From Perkinsus olseni (lineage: Eukaryota): DNA of 46,513 nucleotides. This document shows, in pieces, positions 34,454 to 46,513 of this stretch. The stretch lies in assembly GCA_013115125.1 (NCBI GenBank), contig JABANN010000259.1:1-46513 (forward strand), given 5' to 3'. The stretch's first letter is position 1. Every line of letters begins with the position of its first letter. Made by a program: the position numbers and the translations under genes. Below the pieces are notes generated by a model. The model was not told the origin of the DNA, did not search any database, and saw only the letters and a program-made list of their open reading frames with translations.

Positions 34454-37247
34454 ATGGCTGATCCTGACACCCCCGTTGCCCCTGCCGAGGACCTCACCGC
34501 CAAGGCTGATGCATATAAGGATGAAGGCAACGCACACTTCAAGGCTGGTCGATATAAGAATGCTCTTGTGTAGTATTGTGGGGCATAGTTGGGACTCTCT
34601 CACCTCGGCACGGCCTTAGATGCTACTCATTGGCAATAGAACTAGCCGAAGGGGACTCGGATGACGAGGAAGACTTCACTCAGACCACTCCTACCACACC
34701 CTCAGAAGGCGATGGTGAGTCAGAGCTCTACGGGGCCGTCGTTGGTTATCCATTGCTGTCGAGCAGTTGACCTTGAGGAGACTGGACGGTCACATGTGAA
34801 CTTCCCGAGCCTGCACATATACTACTCCAACCGAGCCTTGTGCAACACGAAGTTGGAGAACTTGGGATCGGCTATCGAGGATGCCACAAGGGTAATAGAC
34901 GGTTGACGGAAGGCGTCTTCTGGCCACCTCCTTTTTTAATGTTATTGCAATATTAAATGCGTGTTGGTAGGCAATAAGTCTGAAGCCGTCGTACAGTAAG
35001 GCTTATTACCGAAGAGGATGCGCCCGGATGGAGCTTTTTAAATACGCAGAAGCTTCCAAGGGTAGGGCATGAATCGCCTTAATTTTGCAATGTGTGTCAA
35101 TCATCGGAGTTCGTATAACACGCATTTCCCTGACCTTCCGAGTTCTCTTGGCAGATTTCGAGCGAGTCGTTCGCTTGAGTCCGAAGGATCTTGACGCTCG
35201 CGCTAAGTAAGTTCCGAGTTCGTCGTCGTTGGTTGCTCAAGATGTTTCATTGGTGTAGGTATAAGGCTTGCAAAAAACAGATTCAGGCAGCAAAGTTTGC
35301 CAAGGCCATCGCCACTGAGCATACAGTTCGTACCAGTGAGACAGCTAATCTGGAGAGCATCGACGTACGCCCTATCAAGTTCAAAAGAGACTCCTTTCGG
35401 CAAGCATTCACACTTAGGTGCCGGCGTCGTATGACGGCCCTCGGATTGAGAATGGAAGGATAGATCAGACATTCATAGATTCCCTCACTGCATGTCTCAA
35501 GGACGAGAAGGTACTCTCGAAAACGCACTTCCCCACACCACATTGCACGGAATGCCATCGCTCAACGACCAACTATAATACTGCTGATTTCATGGCCCGG
35601 TTATTTCTGGTTCACGACCTGTTGTGTACTTGCTCAGACTTTAGCCAAGAAGTTTGCTTACCAAATAGTGCTTGAGGCCATCGCCTACTTGAAGAAGCAA
35701 CCCACACTATGCAATATTGACGTTCCTCTTGGGAACCACTTCACCGTTTGCGGAGATGTAATAATCGGGGTCGCCGTGCTCCGACTGTCCGACAATAACT
35801 CATGTTGTTTCAACGAGGATCTCCAGGAGCATCAGCTTTCTCTTTGGGTTCTATACAGTTGCCAAGTTTGACGGATATCGATGGAGCGTTTGCCTGTCTC
35901 TTCTCGTAGATTCACGGACAGTTCTACGATCTGCTGAATATCTTCAAGCTCAATGGGGCTCCGGGGCCGGAGAATCCCTACTTGTTTAACGGCGACTTCG
36001 TGGATCGCGGGAGTTTCTCTCTAGAGTGTATACTCCTCTTGTTGTCTTATAAATTGGCGTAAGTACGCCGTTTCCGGTTCTCGAGGCGATCGCTCGTCGT
36101 ATGCAGGTACCCCGATTCGCTGTTCCTAGCTCGGGGCAACCATGAGTCAAGGAACATGAATCAGCTGTATGGCTTTAAGGTGCTGAGTCTTCGGGGTCCT
36201 CCTGCGATGAAGCCGCCTTCTCTCGTCAGGGAGAGGTCGAAGCAAAGTATGACGAGACGCTGTACAATCTGTTTTGCGAAGCCTTCTGTCTTCTACCTCT
36301 GGCGCATGTCATCAATGACACGGTCTTTGTCACTCATGGAGGCCTCTTCAGCAAAGATGGTGTCACCCTCAATGACATACGTAATATTCCAGGCCAGTGG
36401 TGATGCAGATTACTGTGGAGAAGGTGTGGTGGCTGGGGCATGTACTTTGCTTTTTTCGCAGGTGCAGTGGATCGGGACCAGGAGCCACCGGACAGCGGCT
36501 TGTAAGGATCAACACTTCCTGGCTTTGCTCATTACAACTCACTCAGGATGACGGAAATGCTGTGGTCGGATCCTATGAGCGTCAGAGGCCGAGCGCCAAG
36601 CCAGAGGGGAGTCGGCGTCATGTTCGGGGAAGGTTAGATTGTCCGTTCGGTGCCCCGTACCATATAGCGTCTTGATAGACGTCACTCGTAACTTCTTGGA
36701 GACCAACAACCTGCAGCTAGTAGTGCGAAGTCACGAGATGAAGGATGAAGGCTATGAGGTATCCGCTGTAGGACTGAGGGTGTAGTTCAAGAGGGCCGTA
36801 CGTTCAGGTTGAGCATTCTGGGAATCTCATCACTGTCTTCTCGGCTCCGAACTATTGTGACCAAATGGGCAACAAGGGTGCGTTCCTGAGGTTCACGGTA
36901 CTCACGGATGCTGAGCGCGAAACTGAGGAGAAGAAGGCAGCGATGGCCAATGGTGACCTTGCGTGATTGCGTCGCTCCGCTAAGGTCGTGTGGTGTTTTA
37001 GGCCTTAACCGCAATAGTGAGCGGACGCTGTATGGTAACATGAAGGTGCAGTACACTAAGTTCGAACATGTTCCTCATCCACCGAAGAATGTACGTTCGG
37101 TAGACGCGGTTCTGCTGGGTCCATGCTCGTACTGGATGATTGGGTGACTCGTCGTTGTATCAGGCTATGCACTATGCTAATCCGGCACTCCTCGGTCCAA
37201 TGATGGGCGGTATGAACCTCCAGCAGATGATGGCCTCTTCCTCGTGA
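34454..37247 (+). CDS. PPP5: Serine/threonine protein phosphatase 5 (TPR + PPP catalytic domain), multi-exon
   Basis: N-terminal TPRs ([26 protein letters not shown]...[16 protein letters not shown]). PPP motifs [75 protein letters not shown]5-type tail FEHVPHP...AMHYAN. Confidence 0.96.
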
Positions 37248-37651
37248 GTATACATACCTATCGACATCACTGCTAGGAACCACAGTGTCCCTCCCTGCCC
37301 ACATCTTTGGCCCCCAAGTTGTACTACTATATCGTTGCCGTAGTCTCTCACTGACTTGCCTTGTGTTCTGCTAGAGGGTAAATGCGATGCTGTGGTCCAT
37401 TAGTCTAGTTGTTCCGGGTGATCATACGTTCTCTATTTTGAAGACATTCGGAGCGTAGTCTTCTAGCAGGGTTGGTGCATCGTGGCCTGCCAGTCGGTGG
37501 AAAGGCTGTGCTGCGTTTGTCCCCCCTCCCCCTTCAAGGGGGTCTGTGACCTGTCTCTGAGAATCTCGGTGGAGGATTGTAGTTAACTTTACCAAGAAAT
37601 TGGAGGAATGCCTCCTTCTTTGTAGTTGTTGTTTTCATAGTATCAGCCGCA

Positions 37652-40600
37652 ATGTTAGCCGTAACTCCCAAAGTGACCGAACGGCTCGACCTTGTCAAAC
37701 CGTTGACCACGTACTGTGAGGAATACTACGGCCCTGAGGAGGCTAAAAATGTAGTTACGATTGAGTTGCGAGGGGAAGATCTGTGACGGAAGTATCTCTA
37801 GGTCATCCAGTTCATCTCACTGGCTAACTCATTGCGTGCCGAAGTCGCGTCGCCTATGTCAGTCGACGGCGCTGGTTTCAGTGGCCATGTGGAAAATCTT
37901 ACCCGGTGAGCCGTGCTTTCCTTACTTAACGGCTGACGTTGTCGGAAGCCCTCGATGTCTGACCGGAAGGCAGATTCATGTCGTCTTTGCGGCAGGTACT
38001 TGGCGGTCCTCAATCTGTTGGAGCAGAAGTTCAACTTCGAGCGACAGTCAGACAAGTCCCCCGCTTCCAGTACCGTGAAAGGTGAGGAACACACGTATCC
38101 TTCACTCATTGACAGCGTCAATGGGTCAGGTGTGAAGTTCCAGTGGAGCGACTCGTTTAAGGCCCGCAGTATGGGAGAGTCTCCATCCATCGCCTACGAG
38201 AGAGCCTGTGTCCTGTTCAATCTCGCAGCCGCTAAGAGGTACGCTCAATTCCTGCCTGCTGAGAGCTCATTGAGGGGCATGTCAGTATCAAGGCTAGGGA
38301 CTCCGACCGGTCCTCACCGGAAGGGCAAAAGGCTGCTATTACCGAGTTCCAAGCGGCAGCGGGAATGTTTGCCATGATAAAAGATAACGTGGTAAGTCCG
38401 GCTTTAGTGGCTACTGCTGTTGGGATATGAAGTGGTACCTCCTCAGCTAGCACAGCTGGTATCAGGACGAACCTCGGCGGACCTCTCGAACGAGGGTCTG
38501 TCACTGTGTGCATCACTGATGCTTGCTCAAGCACAGGCTTTGGTTTATGAGAAAGCCGTTAAGGATAAGCTTAATAGGGGACTGCTCTCTAAACTAGGTG
38601 AGCCAATATTGCACCGGACGATGAAGTATGGCCTTCGGCAGTCGTAGAATAATATTTTATGCATATGTCTCTGATAGTAGTTTGACCATCTTTCAGCGTC
38701 CCAAACCGGCAGCTACTACCATACAGCGGCATCATTTGCGGGGCAGCTGGATGCGGAGATGCATTGCTCATGGAAGGGTCATTGCCATTACCAGGAAATG
38801 GCCTTCCTTGCAGCTGCTAATCTCCAGTGAGCTTTACGCCGTGGCCTGCTCCGGGCTCACTGTAGCTGGGTTTTCAGGGCCGCGCTGAACGAGAAGCCGC
38901 GAGTGCTGGAGAAGCTCGAGGTGAGAACTCTATGCCGTGGGTTGCATCACGTGCATCTTCCTGGCCGTAGGGATTCGGCCCCCTCATCGCCCGCCTGCGA
39001 TATGCGAAGAGTCTGTGCGACCAGGCTGATGCTCTGGCCGGTGAATACAAACTTATACGAGACGTTGATGTGAGTACATCATAGCAGCGTCGGAAGGCAG
39101 GAGGTTGTACTTGGTAGGCTCTGCGTAAAGTGATAGACCAGGAACTGGCAGAGTTGGAAAAGGACAACAATACAGTTTACTTAGAGGTTGTAAGTAGAGT
39201 ACGGAAGCTTAGCGTGGGTCCCTTCATAGGACACACTGACCCAATAGGACTCCGATTGGCATGAATGGCTCCTTCTTAGGTACCGGACAAGTCGAGTTTG
39301 CCACCATTAGCGATGATCAGTCTTGTTAAAGCCACACCAATCACGGTTAACAGCATAATTGAACCTTACGCTGCAGAGATGAAAGAATATGGCCAGGTGA
39401 GTCTGTCACGCGCCAGGAAATTATCGGCAGTTGAAACTACAGATTCTGGATAATTTGGCGCCAGCGAATGTTCGTGAAAAGGCTCAACAATACAAGTAGT
39501 GGTTCTGATTGGTCCTGCCGGCTTATTGCACGGTTCCCACGACAGGTCCCTGTTAGAGTCGCAGGTCGTAGGCCCGGTGGATGAGGCGTTCTCTCAAATG
39601 ACGGAACTCATAAATGATGCACTGGCTGAGCGAGGGCTGCCATCTGCAGGTGTGTCCAGTCGAGGTCGTGAGGTGATCAGTATTGACTCATCATTGTGTT
39701 CAGTCCAGAAGCAAGCAGCCGATGATGGGGACGCGGAAGACGTTGAGGTCCCCGATAGCGTCTGGTTGAATTTGGAGAAGGTACTGTATAACCCATGAAA
39801 GCAGGTTACAGCGACGCTCACGCAGGCTCGTCTGACGAACTCCGGAGCTGGTCCGCTGGGTCTGAAGGCACAGATTGACGCCCTTGACCAGATGTCACAG
39901 GCAGCAGAGCACTCGATAACTAAGTGCGAGGATCAGCTTCGAGAAGAGGCTCAAGAGGACTCCCGGTAAACGAGCGACGAGCGAGGTTGCATGTTATGCT
40001 GGACGATAGATGCCATGATCGATTCGGCGATCGCTGGAATCGTACGCCAAGCGATCAAGTGCCACATAGCTTCTTCACCCAACTGCAGCAGTACAGAGAG
40101 AAGCTCAACCTGGCGAACGAGACTAATGCTAAGCTTAGGAGGAAGGTGTGATTGAGACCTTCATCGGACGAGTAGCGTTTTTGGGTTCAGATCGACGCGA
40201 TTGACGTTGCAGTGTTCGACGCGGTCAGCAAGAAGACGAAGGAGGAGTTGGAAGCCGATCTCCGCAGGTTCGCCTCGGCGTTTGGCTCTGCTCCCTCAGT
40301 GCACTTGTGGTTATTAGTACCTCCGCCACGCCTGGTCAGTCGCGACTCGCGGCGGACCCCAAGATAGAGGCTGCAAGGATACGTTGTGCGGAGGCTGTTG
40401 ACTACCTCCAGGCCGAGCTGGTAATAATTCATTCGGAATTGAATGCGTGGCGAGTAACGTTCACCTTTCTATTAGGCTAATGTCAAAGAGGAGGTTGAGT
40501 CCTCTCGCCAGAATGCACTGCAAGAGAACCCGACCCCTTCGCTCTTGCAAAGGCAGGAAGACCTCGATGCGGCTGTACAGGTGAGATGGACTTCTCTCAC

Positions 40601-41287
40601 GATTCGCCCACTACTCTCGTTCTTCAGGAGCTGTTGGCTGCTCATTCCAACACTCGCGTGCTAGAGAGCATCCGAAGCCTGCAAACCCGCTGCCTCGAGC
40701 CGATGATAGCATCCTTCAACGAATGGAACAGTGCCGTTGTGGCCAAGATAGGGCAGGCTGAGAACTCCCGCCAGGGGAAACTACACGTAAACCTTGTTGT
40801 ATATAGCCTTTGATTGACGAAGCTTCTGATGTTTAGGCGTGGGACTCAACAGCAACAGCATTGATAACGTCATCCGGGGAGGCTGCGGAGGGCGTTGCAT
40901 TCTTCTCTCGTTTACTGGATTATCTCGGACAGGTAGCAGGCGTAGTTTCAGCTTTGTGACTGTCGACAGTCTTTTCTTCTTCAGATTGATCAGCAGATTG
41001 GTGACTACGTTTTCGCAAGGACGGAGGAGAAGAACGGCATGTTGCGCAATCTCCAGGGAAGCTACGGTGCCCCTCATGGACAAGTAAGAGGGCCTCATCA
41101 CTCGTCAGTCATCCCGATCATCCAGATGCCATCGTCACCGTACATTCAGCAAAGCCCTGCTGGGCCTTATCAAGCAACATACTCTTACCAAGCCCAATCG
41201 ACTGGTGCCTCCGGTAGTGCTCCGCCTGCATCCGCACCGTGGGGCGCCGGAGGTCCTCAAATCCACCCTGGGCAGCAACGTTTCTGA
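37652..41287 (+). CDS. BRO1-domain protein, ALIX/PDCD6IP-like (BRO1 + V domain + Pro/Gln/Tyr-rich tail), multi-exon
   Basis: MLAVTPKVTERLDLVKPLTTY, VKFQWSDSF, SIAYERACVLFNLAA, FQAAAGMF, DLS...SLMLAQAQALVYEKAV, ELEKDNNTVYLE, RFGDRWNRTPS, and a C-terminal PSSPYIQQSPAGPYQ...PGQQRF*. Confidence 0.92.
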
Positions 41288-41559
41288 GCGCGAATTCTAT
41301 GTATGACAAGTTTTTTGTACCGAACGTAAGGAACCATTTGCCTGTCTAATTCGATCATTGTTGCGTACGAGGACGAAGAACTTTCCCACCCGGCAGCGGG
41401 CCGAGTCAGCGTTCCTTTCCCTGATGAATGCTCGTCAGCGATCTTCGTCGAGTGTTTTCTCGTCTTCTATCCGCACGGCTTGCTTGACGGTGTGTGGCTG
41501 ATCTGTGGTGCTGGAGTGGAAGCTTTCTTCTCTTTTTTGCCTTTCCGGCATTGTTCAAG

Positions 41560-44500
41560 ATGGCGTCTGTGGGACATGACCCCTTCGACCCAGAGGTTAT
41601 GAAAGAGTTGAAGAAGGACATAACTCACGAGGAGGTGCCCCTTTGTGTCATCTAGGCCATCATTCTGTCGAACAGATTTTGTGTTTAGGTCAGCCAACTA
41701 ACGCGAGCCATGAAAAGGCCGGAGTTCAAGGAGCATTTCCAGGAATACATCGACGAGATATCCGACCCCAAAAACAAGAAGGTAATTGAAGGCTTTCCCC
41801 CAGCGCAGTGAGAGCGCTTTGCGGCGCATGGATATGGTTCAGGAGTATGAGCAGTACTTGAAACAGCTCGAGGATGCCGGGGAGATGCCGAAAGGCAAAG
41901 TCTTGCTCAGATGCAAACCAGGTAGTGAATTCTCGTTGTTGAGAGATGGACTCGATGCCTCAGGCATCTGTGTGAAGACGTCGATAAGGTTCCAATCGGG
42001 GCAGGTGCAGAAGCTATTCCTCAACATATGCCACACAGATAAGCTTGGTGACGTGCAGTTCAAGAAGCAGGAAGTCAAGGCACATGAGAAGTAGCCAAGC
42101 CCGCTAGTCGGATCGCGATGGACTCAGTTCGGCACGCCTTCAGCCCTGAAGCTGCCGGGCGAACGCCAGGGTATGCAGTGTCATTGCCCTACTCGGCCTC
42201 GCCCCCAAGGCCCGATAAGGATAAAAAGGATCATCTCTGCATGGTGTCCGACGTAGCCGTCAGCCAGGTGCCTCACAGTTGGCCATGTACTAACAGATGA
42301 GAATAGTTGGCTCGGTTGTTTCCAGCGCACCTTCGTCCAAGCCGTGCAGAACGAAGCTTTACTCAAGCTCGTGGTGGACACCGTTTGCGAAGCCATTACA
42401 GCTTCCTGCCTGAAGGGAGGCGAGACAGTATCTCGGGACTTCAAAGTAGCGTTCTGTTCCGGATGGCTATGAGGAGGGAGCCTTGAGTAGGTACTGCAGA
42501 AGATGCGGTGTAAGGGCGGCACGCCAATGCCTATGAGCATCAGTGAGGATATGCTGCTCACTATGAAGAAGGGCCGCCAGAACGCCAAAAAGAAAGTATA
42601 CCTGAGATTGGACAGTGGTGTTTGTATAACGCGCTAGGTTGAGGGAATGACGCCTGCGGAGTTGCGCAAGATGCAGAAGAGGGCGAAGAGGGAACGGGAC
42701 GAGGGAAAGGCGAATGATGAAGAGCAGCAGTCGGCAGCGAGTCCCGTGGCCGATGAGAACCAGGTAGAGTAGTTCATTGGCCACATGGAGTTCGCTCTCG
42801 CCTGGATCACCGTCTATTCGATTCGCTCCGTCTTCTCTGGCCTTTACGCACCCTGTCGCCCTCCCTAGGAAGCTGACGAGAACAACATATTCGGCTCCTC
42901 CGCGGAAGCAGATGCATCGTCTGGGCTCCTACTGCAACCCAAGTTCAAGATAGTGGAAGTCGGGCAGCTGCGAGACCTCTCAAGTTTCGTGGACTCCTCG
43001 GCTGGTACTGAACCTTTCCGCCGCTTGACCTACTGTACACCCCGCTACAAAGTCTTAGGCTAAGAATTTGTGGAGGGGTGTAGATGGTCCCAATGGAAGC
43101 TGTTGACACGTGGTGGCTGCCATTGTCGACCGGTCGATCTTAGTGGAGAGCCTGTTTCTGTCTTTACTCTCCCAGGTCATGCGTCCGCTCCATCCGTCCA
43201 CTGGACTGTCCCCGAAAATATTCGCTTGGAAGTGGAGCTTCCTGGAGTGAAGCACAGCAACGAAATCGACGTTGATACCGCAGGAGTCGCTGGTGGTGTG
43301 ATCGTGCAGACTAAGAGGTGAGAGGTACGCCATATCGAGGCCTGCTGCGAGGAGATGTAGATGTGCGTGGCCGGCAATGCCGATACGGATAAGGTCCCTC
43401 TTATTGGATCTAGCGACAGGAATACGGGGTTTTTCTTACCTCAGATGGAATGTCGTTAATACGGCAGATAATCGTCCATCCCTGCTTTCTATCGTTCTGC
43501 TCAGCCGTCTGTGTTGAAAACTTCTTTGTTGTACCTCGCAGTCGTTCGAGTTACTTGGCGGTGGCAAGTTCTTTGTAGGCCGGAAGCGGTTGCCTTAGAG
43601 CTCTCCACAATTGTCCCCATTCGCACGTACGATGAGATGACCGTGGGGTGAGACTGTTTTAGGTACTACTTGGATATCGCTCTCCCCTATGTCGTGGACA
43701 GTGACAAAGCCGTAGCACGGTTCGACAAGAGGCTCCACAGGCTTTCAATAACCTATCCTGTTACAGGTAGGATGGATCTCGGTGGCTGTGGAACATCACT
43801 TGATAGACGACTTTGTCTTGGTGCGGCAGGCCGGAAAGTTCGTGAGAGTGCGGAAGGGATGGATGTCGTGCCCGTTGTATCGCAAGAGAACGACGGCGGT
43901 GCGGTCGACGATACTACAAAGTTAAATTCAGCAGACGCTGGAGCTGCGGTGGAGGAGCACAAGACTGAGGTGGAATGTGCAGATGACAAAGTTGAAGATG
44001 ACGGGGTACGGGCGAGTACAGACGTAGCCGATTCTTCCAACCAGTGCAGCAAAGGTCACCCTCACGACATGAGCAGTTCAACTGAGGGTGCAGTAGAAGG
44101 TTCCGAGAAGAGCTCGTCGGTCGTAGAACTCGGATTTGAGACTATCTCACAACGGAGCCAGGATATAGAGGAAGATGATGGCGACTTTATGGCTAGTGAT
44201 ACATTCGAGGGCCCCCGTGTTGGATACTATTTCGGGATGGGCGACGAGGGACTTGGCTACTACAAGGACAGTGAGGCAGCGTGTACCAAGCAGGAATCTG
44301 AAACGCTGGAGAGGAGCGGCGATGAGGGAGCTGGCTTGTATGGAGATGGCCAAGGTTGTGAACCGCTGGAGGGATCGGTGATCAGTGAAGCCAGGGCCCG
44401 AGCACCTGAGCCACTGGTCATCGCTGAATCCACCAGCGTTCCGGTCGGGAATTCGGAGAAGGCAGAGTCGCGAGGCGAAGCAGATTCTTCTCAGCAGGCG

Positions 44501-44584
44501 GAGGATAATGGAGTAGATCCCGCAGCCGCCCTGCTTGGTCAAAGTGTGCGGCTGGAGTCCTCCCTCCCCTGGATTCTCTTGTAA
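41560..44584 (+). CDS. DNAAF2: Kintoun / PF13, PIH1-domain dynein axonemal assembly factor, multi-exon
   Basis: LTRAMKRPEFKEHFQEYIDEISDPKNKK|EYEQYLKQLE, KPGICVKT, KLFLNICH, SLPYSASPPRPDKDK, KMRCKG. The CS-like end YYLDIALPYVVDSDKAVARFDKRLHRLSITYPV is followed by an acidic tail. Confidence 0.9.
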
Positions 44585-44895
44585 CCCCATGAAAGCGAAT
44601 GTTGCTTCGTTCTAACGGTCTTCCGCGTTCTCGAGGAATGGCGATCTGCTATTCGGACGGTTTGGAACGACTTGTTGAAGCTTACCTTCCCTCTTCCCCT
44701 GGTAACCGCGGTGCTCTGCTTCTGTTCGTACGTTCAGGGCAGCCTAGAGCGGCACTTGAGGCCTCTCGCGCCGATTCTTCGCGTAACTATGTGTCCGCTG
44801 AAAGTTACAACTGCTGCATGCGGGACAGCGATAGCCTTCGTCTGAGCTGATTTATCGAGATATACGTGTTTGTCATTCTCGTAGAATAATTTTTC

Positions 44896-45876
<981 letters not shown>

Positions 45877-46513
45877 TTCTGACGGAGTCGGAGCAGCGTC
45901 CGAGTGGGAGCGCTCTGTGTAGACACTCTGATTTCACGAACTCGATATCAAAACCCGGCTCCTCATTGCTATAATGCTTGTAGTAAGAATTTTGCTGATA
46001 CAATTCTCGCTAGCAAACAGAGACCATAAGCAATGTCTGCTTGCGTTTAGTCACATGACACTCTGGGAGTGGGGGAGGGTAAATGTGTTCCCAGATACCC
46101 AATGGTGATGTTCAGCTGCATAGTCGGCGCATGTGTTACCTCATCGTTCTTTTTCTACTCGCTTTCGCTGTACTCGCTGCAATAGCAAGATGGTAATGTT
46201 ATACTCGATCTGTGTGAGTCCACCCTTCAGTCGGAGCACTATTGCACGCTTAACCGATTTTCCTACCAGGAAATTCCTAGGTTCAATCTCGAGAGCAATA
46301 TAATAGCAAGAAATGAACCTTCCCCTTCCGTGAATTGAGGCTGTAGAACTAGGGAATTTCACCAAGACAATATTCCGCAAGAAAAAAATGTCTGTAGCTT
46401 TTGCAATTGTATTCCCATCGGGTGGCCTCCTATACTGTGGCTTGACCGGTCAATTTATTGGGCGAGTTTAAAGCGAGGCGCGCGCGATCGCGATTGGGAG
46501 GGAACATATGGGG

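Noticed and set aside
41545-41559. TCAAG just before ATG in kintoun (and the SNARE at 21093-97), resembling the 3' end of the spliced leader
   Set aside because: Only 5-6 nt match, and both genes are intron-rich, so there is no support for SL relics from retroposition.

Overview
Gene-dense eukaryotic DNA with many short (~45-60 nt) GT-AG introns. The architecture and gene content suggest an alveolate, most likely Perkinsus (inference). The ORF track is mostly exon fragments, so I built gene models by splicing by eye. Recognisable genes: a GH20 beta-hexosaminidase with two Cys-rich C-terminal repeats, a TMTC-type O-mannosyltransferase, a SPRY-like domain protein, tRNA-Ile(AAT), two DUF1769 paralogues, a histone H2A ending in SLEY, an NPSN-like Qb-SNARE, protein phosphatase 5, a BRO1/ALIX protein, kintoun (DNAAF2) and Rab2. 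Several hypothetical genes lie between them. The main unexplained feature is a ~740-nt non-coding segment (about 14570-15310) next to the tRNA. On the + strand it can fold into a nested multi-branched RNA with a candidate pseudoknot, and I cannot match it to an RNA family I recognise. Several longer-than-usual introns also contain internal hairpins.
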